DNA of 64,000 nt from Alphaproteobacteria bacterium (GCA_965227515.1 CBDDFZ010000001.1:480001-544000), one strand, 5' to 3'. Numbered from the stretch's first letter, positions 12,483 to 22,729 are shown. Notes: generated from the sequence alone by a model not told the origin. Translations and numbers: made by a program.

Positions 12483-13163
12483 ATGGCAAACAGGTACGTA
12501 CGGTTTCTGACGGGCGCCATGGCGGCGGTATGTGCGTCCGGGGCGCTGCCCACGACGGCATCGGCCTATGAACTCTGGCTGGCCGGCATCTATTGCACCA
12601 GCGAGGCCAACCACAGCCTTGGATCGGACTCCGACGAGACATTCGTCATTGTGACGATATTCGACAACAACACGGGCGAATTGCTGGCCGGGCCACTGCT
12701 GCTGCCGCGGACGGCGGATGACGAGCCGACGTACTGGACCGATGTCGATGCCGGCGAATTTCGCGACTACTACTACGACATCTGGTCCGGCGGCGCGCGC
12801 GACCTGTTCATCGACACCCAGGTGTGGGAGTACGACAGCCATGCCGCCAACGCGCTGCGGGTGCTGGTCAGCATCAATATCGCGCTCGGCGTCAGCCTGA
12901 TGACAGCAAATCCGGTCTATGGCGCGGGGGCCGGCGTGGCCGCAGACATGGTGGCCCAACGCATGCTGGAGGACCTGGAGTCGGCCGACCATGACTTCAT
13001 GGGCCGGGCAACTACGGTGATTCTCGGATCGGACATGGAAGCCTGGGCGCGCGAAAGCCACTACTACGACCACAACGATGCCGGTGAGCGCCTGGAGTAC
13101 GACTTCAGCGTCGAGACCGCCGGCCACGGCGCCAAGTACGTCGTATATTTCGACATATTTTAG
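12483..13163 (+). CDS. Secreted acidic hypothetical protein
   Basis: Signal peptide ending TASA|Y; Tyr/Asp-rich beta-type sequence with a central hydrophobic Gly/Ala segment. Confidence 0.75.
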   Translation: MANRYVRFLTGAMAAVCASGALPTTASAYELWLAGIYCTSEANHSLGSDSDETFVIVTIFDNNTGELLAGPLLLPRTADDEPTYWTDVDAGEFRDYYYDIWSGGARDLFIDTQVWEYDSHAANALRVLVSINIALGVSLMTANPVYGAGAGVAADMVAQRMLEDLESADHDFMGRATTVILGSDMEAWARESHYYDHNDAGERLEYDFSVETAGHGAKYVVYFDIF

Positions 13164-13234
13164 GTCATGATCGTTTCGGTCGGCACCGGGTTGGCACCGG
13201 CTCTCACATTAACGAACCGGAAGGATCGGGTGAC

Positions 13235-13666
13235 GTGCGAAACCGCTATGTTGTTCTGTGCGCTCTGGTGGCGGCAACCGCCGTCACCGCCCCGGCAAGC
13301 GCCGACCAGAAGGACAAGGCCCAGCCGCCCTTGACCGAGGACCTCTGGGGCGTGGTGGGGTGCGATCTCGAATGGCAGTTACACTCGATCAACTCGGATG
13401 CGGCGCTCGATCTGTCCGTCGACAACTTCGCATCGTTTCCGATCCAGCTCATCTGGCTCGACTATGAGGGCGGGCGCGTGCACTACGCCGACATCGCGCC
13501 CGAGCAATCGCTGGTGCAGGGCACCTATTTCACCCATCCCTGGGTGCTGGCCGACCTGAATGGCAATTGCCTGGACATCGTCGTCCCGGCGCAGAGCAAC
13601 CACGGCGAGCCACCGGCAATGTGGGTGCACGTGTTCGACGACGGCGCGGCCATGCTGGCCGAATAG
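13235..13666 (+). CDS. Secreted protein with a von Hippel-Lindau (VHL) beta domain
   Basis: Signal peptide APASA|D; N..S..IQLIWLDYEG..VHY..IAP......TYFTHPW motif. Confidence 0.8.
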   Translation: MRNRYVVLCALVAATAVTAPASADQKDKAQPPLTEDLWGVVGCDLEWQLHSINSDAALDLSVDNFASFPIQLIWLDYEGGRVHYADIAPEQSLVQGTYFTHPWVLADLNGNCLDIVVPAQSNHGEPPAMWVHVFDDGAAMLAE

Positions 13667-13683
13667 GCGGAAGGCGCTAGCCC

Positions 13684-14964
13684 CTAATCCAGCATCGCGA
13701 AGGCCTTGGCGAAGAAGTCCTCGGCGCCGAAGTTGCCTGACTTCAACGCCAGGGCCAGGGTCGGAGCGCCCAGGTCGGCGCCGGCCGGCGCCTCGGTCCA
13801 CGGCACGCCGGGATCGATCTCCGGGCCGATGCGCAGCATCTCGACCCCCAGGGCGGAGACCACGGCGCCTGCGGTCTCGCCGCCGGCGACGATCAAGCGA
13901 TGCGCGCCGCCGCCGACCAGCCCGCGGGCGATCTCGCCCATCGCGCGTTCGATGGCCGCCCCGGCGCGGTCGCGGCCGTGACGCTGCTGAACGTCGGCCA
14001 CTTCCTGCGGATCGGCGGAACTGTAGATCAACACAGGTGTCTCGGCCGGCTGCGCCAGCGCCCAGGCGATCGTCTCGCCAGCAACCTCCGCGCCTGCAAC
14101 GATGCGGTCGACATCGAGCTTGGCGGTCGGCCACGCCTTCTCGGCAAGCGCGATCTGGCCGCGGGTCGCGGCACTGCAACTGCCGGCCAGCACCACGGAC
14201 CGCCCCTCGGCGTTCGGCAACGTTGGCGCCTGCGGCCCGCCAAGCGCGCCGTGGTCGCGGAAATTCGCCGGCAGGCCGAGCGCGATGCCGGACCCGCCGG
14301 TGATCAGCGCGTGGTCGGCCGCCGCCCGCCCGATGGCGCGCAGGTCGTCGTCGGCGATCACGTCGACCACGCCATAGCTCTTGCCCGCGCCGCGCAGGCC
14401 GTCCACTGCCGCGGCGATGGCCGTGGCGCCCGCCGCGACCCGCGCATGGGGCACCAGCCCGACCTCGCGCGCCGATTGCGCGCCCATCAGCCGGACGAGG
14501 TCGCTGTCGCGCATCGGCGTCAGGGGATGGTCCTTCATCGACGATTCGGCGAGCAGCCGGTCGCCGACGAACAGATAGCCCTGATAGATGGTGCGCCCGG
14601 TGCCGGGAAAGGCCGGGCAGACCAGGGCGAAGTCGGTGTCCAGCGCATCCATCAGCGCATCGGCCACCGGGCCGATATTGCCCTCGGCGGTGGAATCGAA
14701 GGTCGAGCAGTACTTGAAGAAGATCTGCCGTGCGCCCTGGCCGCGCAGCCAGTCGAGGGCGGCCAGCGATTGCGCCACTGCGTCATTGGCCGGAATGGTG
14801 CGCGATTTCAGTGCCACCACGACGGCGGCGGCATCGCCGATGTCGAGCCCGGGGCGCGGCACCCCGATCACCTGGACCGTCGACATGCCCTCCTTGACCA
14901 GGGTGTTGGCCAGATCGGTGGACCCGGTGAAATCGTCGCCAATGGCGCCCAGCAGCACACTCAT
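13684..14964 (-). CDS. otnK: 3-oxo-tetronate kinase (four-carbon acid sugar kinase family)
   Basis: GAIGDDFTGSTD, KYCSTFDST.EGNIG, HPLTPMRDS, GSCS.AT, AGGET, LKSGNFG. Confidence 0.9.
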   Translation of the reverse strand: MSVLLGAIGDDFTGSTDLANTLVKEGMSTVQVIGVPRPGLDIGDAAAVVVALKSRTIPANDAVAQSLAALDWLRGQGARQIFFKYCSTFDSTAEGNIGPVADALMDALDTDFALVCPAFPGTGRTIYQGYLFVGDRLLAESSMKDHPLTPMRDSDLVRLMGAQSAREVGLVPHARVAAGATAIAAAVDGLRGAGKSYGVVDVIADDDLRAIGRAAADHALITGGSGIALGLPANFRDHGALGGPQAPTLPNAEGRSVVLAGSCSAATRGQIALAEKAWPTAKLDVDRIVAGAEVAGETIAWALAQPAETPVLIYSSADPQEVADVQQRHGRDRAGAAIERAMGEIARGLVGGGAHRLIVAGGETAGAVVSALGVEMLRIGPEIDPGVPWTEAPAGADLGAPTLALALKSGNFGAEDFFAKAFAMLD

Positions 14965-15019
14965 TCCCGTATTCCCCTCCGTACGCGTACGTGCCACCGC
15001 CCCGGCGGCACGTCGCGGC

Positions 15020-15886
15020 TCACCGCACGCCGCCTGTCGTCAGCCCGCGGATCAGCCATCGCTGAAAGAACGTGGCCAGCAAGTACACCGGCACCATCGC
15101 CGCCAGCGACGCCACCGCCATCTGCCCGAACCGCAACTGCCGGTCGCCCTGGTAGAGCGACAGACCCACCGGCACGGTCTGGGTCTCGGTGCCGCGCTGG
15201 AAGAACGAGGCCAGCAGGAACTCGTTGTACGACAGGATCATGCAGATGATGCCGGTGGACACGATGCCCGGCATCATCAGCGGCACCACCACCTTCGCCA
15301 GCACGCCGAAATAGCCGGCGCCGTCGATGGTCGCCGCCTCCTCCAGCTCCGCCGGCAGCCGGCGCACGAAGCTGGACAGCAGCCAGAACGCCACCGGCAG
15401 GTTCATCACCCCGTAGACGAGGCCCAGCCCCCACACCGAGTTCGACAGGCCCACGGTGCGCAACAGGTAGAACAGCGGGAACAGCGCCACCACCGGGGGC
15501 GCCACATAGGTCGCCAGCACGAACGCCGGCAGCACCTTGCCGCCGACCCGATGCCGCACGATGGCGTGGGTCGCCGGCACCGCCACGATCAGCGTCACCA
15601 GCATGCCGACGATGGCGGCAATGGCCGAGTTCTGCAGATAGGTCGGCATGTCGATGGCGCCCGCGCTCTGGACGTCCAGCGCCGCCGGATAATTCTGCCA
15701 GTGCCACGCGTTCGGGAAGAACCCGCTAACCGCGATGTCGTCCTGGCTCTTGAACGACACCATGATGAGATAGAGGATCGGGAACACGAAGAACGCGACG
15801 GCGACCGCCGTGCCGATCCAGCGCCCGATCGGCAGCCGCGGCCGGTAGGCGCCTGACGCGTGCGTTTGCGCGGTGGAGACGGTCAT
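15020..15886 (-). CDS. Carbohydrate ABC permease (MalG-like)
   Basis: EAA loop LEEAATIDGA; TM helices. Confidence 0.9.
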   Translation of the reverse strand: MTVSTAQTHASGAYRPRLPIGRWIGTAVAVAFFVFPILYLIMVSFKSQDDIAVSGFFPNAWHWQNYPAALDVQSAGAIDMPTYLQNSAIAAIVGMLVTLIVAVPATHAIVRHRVGGKVLPAFVLATYVAPPVVALFPLFYLLRTVGLSNSVWGLGLVYGVMNLPVAFWLLSSFVRRLPAELEEAATIDGAGYFGVLAKVVVPLMMPGIVSTGIICMILSYNEFLLASFFQRGTETQTVPVGLSLYQGDRQLRFGQMAVASLAAMVPVYLLATFFQRWLIRGLTTGGVR

Positions 15887-16869
15887 GCCAGCCGCCGCTC
15901 GGCCACGTCATGGCCGATGGTGAACGGCAGCGTGATCAGCCCGACCACCAGCGCGAACACCAGGGTCTCGGCCGACGCCAGCCCGATGTCCATCTGCTGC
16001 ACGCCGACCTCGTAGATCTGATAGCTGGAGACCATGGTCACGCTGCCGGGTCCGCCGGCGGTCAGCACGTGGATCAGATCGAACACCTTGAAGCCGATCA
16101 CCAGCTTCAGCACCGCGATGGCCAGCAGGGCCGGCGCCAGCATCGGCAGGGTGATGCGGAAGAACACCTGGCGGTCGGTGGCGCCGTCCAGCTTCGCCGC
16201 CTCGTAGACGTCCTCCGGCAGGGTCTGCAAGGCGGCGTACGTCATCAGCGCCACGAACGGCGTCCATTGCCACACGTCGGCCAGCATCACTGCCGGGAAC
16301 GCCAGCAGATTGTCGCCCAGGAAGCTGACCGGCGCGCTGATCAGCGACAGGTCGGTCAGGAAGCTGTTCAGCCAGCCGCCCTGCGGCATGTAGATTAGCT
16401 TCCACATGATGCCGACGGTGATCGGCGGCGTCATCAGCGGCAGCAGGATGATGGTGCGCAACACCTGGCGGGCGCGCACCGCCCGGTCGACCAGCAACGC
16501 GACCGCAATGCCGGTCAGGATGGTCACCGCCGTCGTCATCAGCGCGAACAGTGCCGAGCGCCACAGCGAGTTGACGAACATCTCGTCCTCGAACGCGTCG
16601 GCGTAGTTCTCGCCGCCGTTGAGGTTGCCGCCCAGGTAGTCGAGCGACCGGTCGCTGAAATCCAGAAAAAAGGGCGCCGCCAGGTTGGCGTCCAGCAGCG
16701 ACAGCACGATGAGATAGAGGAACGGATAGACCGCGAAGACAATCAGCCCGAACAGCAGCGGCGTCACGCAGGCCCAGGCCGCCAGCCGCCGCCGATCGAA
16801 CTGCCGGGGGGCCGGCCGCCGCCTGCCGAGGGTCCGGCGCGCCTGTGGAGATGCGTCCATCGAGGTCAT
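15883..16869 (-). CDS. Carbohydrate ABC permease (MalF-like)
   Basis: DVWQWTPF, YEAAKLDGA, FDLIHVLTAGGPG. Confidence 0.9.
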   Translation of the reverse strand: MTSMDASPQARRTLGRRRPAPRQFDRRRLAAWACVTPLLFGLIVFAVYPFLYLIVLSLLDANLAAPFFLDFSDRSLDYLGGNLNGGENYADAFEDEMFVNSLWRSALFALMTTAVTILTGIAVALLVDRAVRARQVLRTIILLPLMTPPITVGIMWKLIYMPQGGWLNSFLTDLSLISAPVSFLGDNLLAFPAVMLADVWQWTPFVALMTYAALQTLPEDVYEAAKLDGATDRQVFFRITLPMLAPALLAIAVLKLVIGFKVFDLIHVLTAGGPGSVTMVSSYQIYEVGVQQMDIGLASAETLVFALVVGLITLPFTIGHDVAERRLA

Positions 16870-16902
16870 CTACGCCAGACCGGTGGCCAACTCTCGCGGT
16901 TT

Positions 16903-16939
16903 AGAAAAGGAACGGGCCGAACCACAGGGTCCGGCCCGC
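16903..16939 (-). terminator. Probable intrinsic terminator after the TRAP SBP gene
   Basis: GCGGGCCGGACC-loop-GGTTCGGCCCGT followed by TCCTTTTCT on the minus strand. Confidence 0.6.
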
Positions 16940-16960
16940 AATGCATTCGGGTAGGCCCGA

Positions 16961-18100
16961 CTAGAAGCTGAGCTTGCCCGGGAAGTAGTGCTCGTACGCC
17001 AGCTTGTAGTCGGCGCTGTTGGTCAGGTCGTAGTAGGCGACCCGGTCCGACCATTCGCGCTGGCTCTCGACGACGCGGCCGAAGAACTCGTCCTGGGTCA
17101 GGTCGGCAAGGACCGTATCCCACGACTCAAGCTGCGCGGCCATCACCGACTCCGGCGTGCGGTAGACGGTGACGCCATCCTCGTTGATCAGCTTCTGCAG
17201 GTCGGCCGAATACTGGTTCATCGCCAGGCCGTAGTTGGCGGTGTTCGCCGCCTCGGCGCCGTGCTTCAGGATCGCCTGCATGTCGGGGCTGAGGCCCTCG
17301 TACACATCGCGGTTGAAGATGATCTCGAAGAACTCGGCCGCCTGGTGGTAGGAGCCCAGCATGTAGGTCTTGGAGACGTCCTGCGCGCCGAACCGGCTGT
17401 CCGACGTCGGGTTGTTGAACTCGAACGCCTCGATCACGCCGCGCTCCAGCGCCGGCACGATTTCGCCGCCCGGAAGCTGGGTCACGTTCAGGCCCATGCC
17501 CTGCATGATGTCCGTGGCCAGGCCGACGGTGCGGTACTTCAGGCCCTGCATGTCCTCGGCCGAGGTGATCTCGTTCTTGAACCAGCCCAGCGGCTGGGTC
17601 GGCATCGGCATCGCGAAGAAGCCGACGAGGTCGAGGCCCAGGATGTCTTGCACCAGTTCGTTGTACAGCGCTTCGCCGCCGCCATAGTGGATCCAGGCCA
17701 GGATCTGCGAGGCATTGGCGCCGAACACCGGGCCGGTGCCGAACAGCGACGCGGCCTTGTTCTTGCCGTACCAGTACGCGGTCACGGTATGGGCGCAGTC
17801 CAGAACGCCGTCATGGCAGGCGTCCTGCACCTGGAAGGCCTGCACCACCGCGCCGGCCGGCAGCAGGTCGATGGTCAGACGGCCGCCGGACATGGCGGCG
17901 ACGCGGTCGGCGTACTGCTGCGCCATCTCCTGGAAGATGTCGCTGGCGCTCCAAGACGACTGCATCTTCAGGACGACGGCGTCCTGCGCGCGCACGATGG
18001 CGGGCGCCGCCAGCGTGCTGGCCGCTGCCGCGGCAGCAACGGTACCGGAATTCTTCAGGAATTTACGGCGGCCGGACGTGGCCGCGGTCTTGTCAGACAT
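16961..18100 (-). CDS. TRAP transporter solute-binding protein (TakP-like, keto-acid type), Tat signal
   Basis: GRRKFLK Tat motif, LAAPAIVRAQ, YWYGK, PMPTQPLGWF, GLKYR, FEFNNP. Confidence 0.9.
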   Translation of the reverse strand: MSDKTAATSGRRKFLKNSGTVAAAAAASTLAAPAIVRAQDAVVLKMQSSWSASDIFQEMAQQYADRVAAMSGGRLTIDLLPAGAVVQAFQVQDACHDGVLDCAHTVTAYWYGKNKAASLFGTGPVFGANASQILAWIHYGGGEALYNELVQDILGLDLVGFFAMPMPTQPLGWFKNEITSAEDMQGLKYRTVGLATDIMQGMGLNVTQLPGGEIVPALERGVIEAFEFNNPTSDSRFGAQDVSKTYMLGSYHQAAEFFEIIFNRDVYEGLSPDMQAILKHGAEAANTANYGLAMNQYSADLQKLINEDGVTVYRTPESVMAAQLESWDTVLADLTQDEFFGRVVESQREWSDRVAYYDLTNSADYKLAYEHYFPGKLSF

Positions 18101-18421
18101 CTGTGTCCTCCCTTGGCGCCGACTTGACGCCGGCATCGTATCTGTGAGCCGCCCCCGGAGCTCCGCGCCCGGATTCGTGCCCGCTTTTTCGCTCTGCCGA
18201 GACCGCGTCCTGCACGCGCAAACGCGCGTCCAGTGGCAACCCCCACTCGCGTACCGGACAGGCTTACAGATTGAGAGCCGGTTACGCAAATGTTGCGCGC
18301 ACGCGAAACCGTCCCAGGCATACACAATCTGGGCATGGGCATGCCGGCAAGGCTATACGTTCGCGCGCGTGTGCTATTGTCCCCCCGCCCGCGCGTCGCC
18401 GCCCGAACACAAGCCATTGCA

Positions 18422-19681
18422 ATGCCCGACACCGACAACCTCCGTCCCGCCGATGCCACCCAGCTGCGCGAGTTGATCGCCTGGGCGGCGGCCGAAGAGC
18501 ACCCACTGGAAATCGTCGGGACCGGCACCCTGCGGACAGTGGGACGCCCGATGCAGACCGCGCACCTGGCGTCGCTGGCCGCCCTTGCCGGCATTCGCGA
18601 CTACGCGCCGGAGGAACTGGTGCTGACCGCCGGCCCGGGCACGCCAATGGCGGAGATCGCCACGGCGCTGGGGCAGGCGCGCCAGCAACTGGCGTTCGAG
18701 CCGCCGGACCTGGGGCCGCTGCTTGGCGGGACTGCCGGTGGCGGCACATTGGGCGGTGCGATCTCGGCCAACCTGGCCGGGCCGCGCCGCATCAAGGCCG
18801 GCGCCGCGCGAGACCACTTCCTGGGCTTTTCCGGCGTGACCGGGCGCGGCGAGGCGTTCAAGGCCGGCGGCCGAGTGGTGAAGAACGTCACCGGCTACGA
18901 CATCTGCAAACTGGTCACCGGCGCATGGGGCACCCTGGTCGCCCTCGACGAGGTCAGCGTCAAGGTGCTGCCGGCGCCGGAGGCGACCGCCAGCCTGGTG
19001 CTGGCCGGACTGAGCGACGATGCCGCGCAACGGGCGATGAGTGCTGCGCTGAATTCCAGCCACGACGTCTCCGGCGCGGCACATCTGCCGGCCGGTATCG
19101 CGGCCCGCAGCCCGGTCAAGCCGGTGGCGGCCGCCGGCGACGCGGTCACCGCGATACGGCTGGAGGGTTTCGCGCCATCGGTGGCCGCGCGGGTGGCGGC
19201 CCTGCGCGACGAATTGGCGGGCCACGGCAACGTCGATGTTCTGGAGGGCGACGACGCGCTCGCCCTGTGGGCCGATATCCGCGACGTGGGCGCGCTGGCG
19301 CCGCCGCACACGGCCATCGACAGCGCCTGCGTGTGGCGCGTCAGCGTCACCCCGACCCTGGGGGCGGACGTGATGGCGCGGGTGCGGGACGCGGCCGAGG
19401 CGCAAGGCTACTACGACTGGGGCGGCGGCCTGCTGTGGATCGCGGTCTCCGGCCAGCCGGATGGTGGCGCCGGCGCCGTGCGCGACGCGGTCGCGGCGGC
19501 CGGCACCCCTGGCCAACCGGCAGGCCATGCCACCCTGATCCGGGCACCGCAGGCCGTCCGCGCCGCCGTCGACGTGTTTCAGCCGCAAGCGCCCGCGTTG
19601 GCCGGTCTGGGGGCTCGGCTGAAACAGCAGTTCGATCCCAACGGCGTGCTCAACCCCGGACGGATGGTGCCGGGGGTATAG
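18422..19681 (+). CDS. glcE: Glycolate oxidase FAD-binding subunit
   Basis: YAPEELV, LAFEPP, GPRRIKAGAARD, GGRVVKNVTGYD, GHATLIRA, FDPNGVLNPGR. Confidence 0.92.
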   Translation: MPDTDNLRPADATQLRELIAWAAAEEHPLEIVGTGTLRTVGRPMQTAHLASLAALAGIRDYAPEELVLTAGPGTPMAEIATALGQARQQLAFEPPDLGPLLGGTAGGGTLGGAISANLAGPRRIKAGAARDHFLGFSGVTGRGEAFKAGGRVVKNVTGYDICKLVTGAWGTLVALDEVSVKVLPAPEATASLVLAGLSDDAAQRAMSAALNSSHDVSGAAHLPAGIAARSPVKPVAAAGDAVTAIRLEGFAPSVAARVAALRDELAGHGNVDVLEGDDALALWADIRDVGALAPPHTAIDSACVWRVSVTPTLGADVMARVRDAAEAQGYYDWGGGLLWIAVSGQPDGGAGAVRDAVAAAGTPGQPAGHATLIRAPQAVRAAVDVFQPQAPALAGLGARLKQQFDPNGVLNPGRMVPGV

Positions 19682-19808
19682 GACCGGCCGCTGGCACGGT
19701 GCCGGTGGACCCAAACCAGCCGAATTGCCGTGCGCGTCCCGGGCAATGCGCTATAACCGGGCGAACGCTACACGCAGCATCGAGTCGGGCCCGGATCGCG
19801 CGCGTTCC

Positions 19809-20723
19809 ATGCAGATCTACCTCCCCATTGCCGAGATATCGGTCGACGCATTCTTGTTGATCGGGCTTGGGGGGATTGTCGGCATCCTGTCCGGCATCTT
19901 CGGTGTCGGCGGCGGCTTTCTGATCACGCCCCTGCTCATCTTCGTCGGCATTCCGCCGCCCGTCGCGGTCGGCACGGTGTCGAACCAGATCGTCGCGGCG
20001 TCGGTTGCCGGCGTGGTCGCCCATTTCCGGCGCGGCAATGTCGACCTGTTGATGGGCTGCGTGCTGACCGCGGGCGGCCTGGTCGGCACGGTTGCCGGCG
20101 TCTTCCTGTTCCAGCTCCTGCGCCAGATCGGCCAGGTCGACCTTGTCATCAGCCTGGCCTACGTCATTTTCCTCGGCTCGATCGGCGCCACCATGGCGGT
20201 GGAGGCGACCCGCGCCATGCTGCGGTCCCGGCGCGGCGGGGCGGGACGGCGCAAGCTGCACAAGCACACCTGGATCCACGGCCTGCCGTTCAAGATGCGC
20301 TTCCGCAAGTCGAAGCTCTACATCAGCGCCATCCTGCCGCTGGGTATCGGCTTCGCCGTCGGCGTGCTGGCCGCCATCATGGGTGTGGGCGGCGGCTTCA
20401 TCATGGTGCCGGCGATGATCTATCTGCTGGGCATGCCCACCGCCATGGTGATCGGCACCTCGCTGTTCCAGATCATCTTCGTCACCGCCAGCGCGACATT
20501 CCTGCACGCCGCCACCAACCAGACCGTCGACATCATGCTGGCGCTGCTGCTGCTGGCCGGTGCGGTGGTGGGCGCGCAGTTCGGCACCCGCCTGGGCGCG
20601 AAGCTGAAGGGCGAGCAGTTGCGCGGCCTGCTGGCGCTGATGGTGCTGGCGGTGTGCGGCAAGCTGCTGGTCGACCTGGTCACCACGCCGGCGCAGATGT
20701 TCGAAGTGAGCCCAGCGCTGTGA
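19809..20723 (+). CDS. Sulfite exporter TauE/SafE family membrane protein
   Basis: MQIYLPIAE start, two GVGGGF repeats, multiple TM helices. Confidence 0.9.
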   Translation: MQIYLPIAEISVDAFLLIGLGGIVGILSGIFGVGGGFLITPLLIFVGIPPPVAVGTVSNQIVAASVAGVVAHFRRGNVDLLMGCVLTAGGLVGTVAGVFLFQLLRQIGQVDLVISLAYVIFLGSIGATMAVEATRAMLRSRRGGAGRRKLHKHTWIHGLPFKMRFRKSKLYISAILPLGIGFAVGVLAAIMGVGGGFIMVPAMIYLLGMPTAMVIGTSLFQIIFVTASATFLHAATNQTVDIMLALLLLAGAVVGAQFGTRLGAKLKGEQLRGLLALMVLAVCGKLLVDLVTTPAQMFEVSPAL

Positions 20724-20730
20724 GCACCCC

Positions 20731-21534
20731 ATGACCCTCGCCACGACCACGACACAGGGTGCTACCCGTAGAGCCGGCGCCACCGCCCGCTGGCACGGCT
20801 GGGCCGTGGCCGCATTGCTTTGCCTGCCGCTGGGCGCGGCAGCCCAAACGCCGGTGATGGCCGACCTGTCATCGCACACCATCGAGATCGATACCCGTTT
20901 CATCGGCACCGACGTGGTGCTGTTCGGCGCCGCCGACGGGCCGACCGATATCGCCGTGGTCATTCGCGGGCCGCGCGAGAGCTTCGTGGTGCGCGAAAAG
21001 ACCAATGTCGGCGGCATCTGGGTCAATGCCGCCGGGATCGAGTTCACCGACGCGCCCGGCTTCTACGCGGTGCTGTCCACCGGAGCGTTGAGCGACATGC
21101 TGCCGGCGACAATCCTGGACCGGCACGAAATCGGCACCAACCGGTTGCAGCTCGGCCCCTCGGCAGCGGCGCTGGCCGAACGCACGCCGGGCGAAATCGA
21201 CCGTCACCGGCGAGCACTGCTCGAGACCATGCAGCGCAGCGACCTCTACCTTGCCGAGCCCGGCGCGGTGTCCTTCCTGGGCGGGCGGCTGTTCCGGGCG
21301 GACGTGCGGTTTCCGGCCAATGTCCCCACCGGAGCCTACAAGGTGGACGTCTACACCCTGCACGAAGGCAACGTTATCGGCGCCCAGTCGATCCCGCTGA
21401 TCATCCGCAAGGTGGGGCTGGAGGCGGACCTGTTCGATTTTGCCAACGGCAGTCCGGTCCTCTACGGTATCGTGGCGGTCCTGGTCGCGATCGCGGCCGG
21501 TTTCCTGCCGCGGCTGTTCGGCGGCAGAACGTAG
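20731..21534 (+). CDS. TIGR02186-type conserved membrane protein
   Basis: ADLS...I.I...F.G..V.LFGA, GIWVN, LFRA...PANVP.G.Y, KVG.E; C-terminal TM; usual partner of this TauE. Confidence 0.85.
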   Translation: MTLATTTTQGATRRAGATARWHGWAVAALLCLPLGAAAQTPVMADLSSHTIEIDTRFIGTDVVLFGAADGPTDIAVVIRGPRESFVVREKTNVGGIWVNAAGIEFTDAPGFYAVLSTGALSDMLPATILDRHEIGTNRLQLGPSAAALAERTPGEIDRHRRALLETMQRSDLYLAEPGAVSFLGGRLFRADVRFPANVPTGAYKVDVYTLHEGNVIGAQSIPLIIRKVGLEADLFDFANGSPVLYGIVAVLVAIAAGFLPRLFGGRT

Positions 21535-21651
21535 CTGCGGGCAGGCGGGCGCACGACTCCGCGACGGAAGAAGCCAAGAGGGCAGAGATACCGATTGCGC
21601 GATAAGGGCCGAAGCACAAGGCCACGGCGCAACGAGGGATGAGGACACGAG

Positions 21652-22167
21652 ATGGCCGAACAGGAGCCATCGCAGGACGACACGGAACAACCGGCGGAAG
21701 AGAACGCGGAACGCATCTTCCTGGCGGTGGTGGACGACTCGCCGGAGTTCAGTTCGGCGCTGCGGTTCGCCGCACGCCGGGCCAAGCGCACCGGCGGCCG
21801 CGTCGCGCTGCTCTATGTCATCGAGCCCGGCGATTTCCAGCACTGGCTGTCGGTCAGCGAGCTGATGCGCGAGGAGGCGCGGCAGGAGGCGGAGGCGATC
21901 CTGCGCCGCCACGCCGCGACCTGCCAGGAACTGAGCGGCAAGATGCCGATCCTGCACATTCGCGAGGGCAGGCCCAGCGACGAGCTGCTGGCGCTGTTGG
22001 AGGAGGAGCCGTCGATCTCGGTCCTGGTGCTGGGCGCCAACCCCGGCTCCAAGGGCCCCGGCCCACTGGTCAGCTATCTGGTCGGCAAGGCGGCCAATCG
22101 CCTTTCGGTGCCGGTAACGATCGTTCCTGGTACTTTGGACGGCGACAAGATAGACCTGTTGACGTGA
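21652..22167 (+). CDS. Universal stress protein
   Basis: FLAVVDDSPE, ALRFAARRA, LVLGA, GPGPLV, PVTIVPG. Confidence 0.9.
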   Translation: MAEQEPSQDDTEQPAEENAERIFLAVVDDSPEFSSALRFAARRAKRTGGRVALLYVIEPGDFQHWLSVSELMREEARQEAEAILRRHAATCQELSGKMPILHIREGRPSDELLALLEEEPSISVLVLGANPGSKGPGPLVSYLVGKAANRLSVPVTIVPGTLDGDKIDLLT

Positions 22168-22219
22168 CTATTTGACCTGAGCTGGGGTCGTCGGGGGACG
22201 CTTACAGGATCGGACCAGG

Positions 22220-22729
22220 ATGGACAGGAAACACCCGAACAATTCTCGTGGATGGCGGTTGGCGGCATTGGGCGCCGTGGCCGCATTGTGCATGGGGGGC
22301 ACGACCGGGCCGGCGACGGCGCAAGGCGGCGTGGTTCCGAGCAACGGCCAGTTGATGCTGGCCGACACGTGCGACGTGACCTTCGGCGGCCGCCTGCTGG
22401 AAGAATGCGATTGCCTGCTGATGGTGATCGGCCAGGGCGGAACGTACGTGCTGAGCAGCGTCAACCTGGGCTGTGAGGGCTATGCCGGTATGGCCGGCCA
22501 GTTCCAGGGCGAACTGGGCTCAACCTCCGGCCTGCAACTGGCCTACGAGCGCAACTACGCGCAGGTGCAAAGCTCGCGCATGCAGGTCAGCGCCAGCCAG
22601 GCCCAATTGGCCGCCGTGGCGAGTGAGGCCGGCTGGCTGTTGCTGCGCCTGGAACTGCTGGGCCCGACGATCTTCGAGAACTCCCTGGGCCGCATCTGCA
22701 TCGACGGCGGCAGCGGTTCGCAATGTTGA
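22220..22729 (+). CDS. Secreted Cys-containing hypothetical protein
   Basis: Signal peptide ending ATA|Q; six Cys in the predicted mature chain. Confidence 0.65.
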   Translation: MDRKHPNNSRGWRLAALGAVAALCMGGTTGPATAQGGVVPSNGQLMLADTCDVTFGGRLLEECDCLLMVIGQGGTYVLSSVNLGCEGYAGMAGQFQGELGSTSGLQLAYERNYAQVQSSRMQVSASQAQLAAVASEAGWLLLRLELLGPTIFENSLGRICIDGGSGSQC

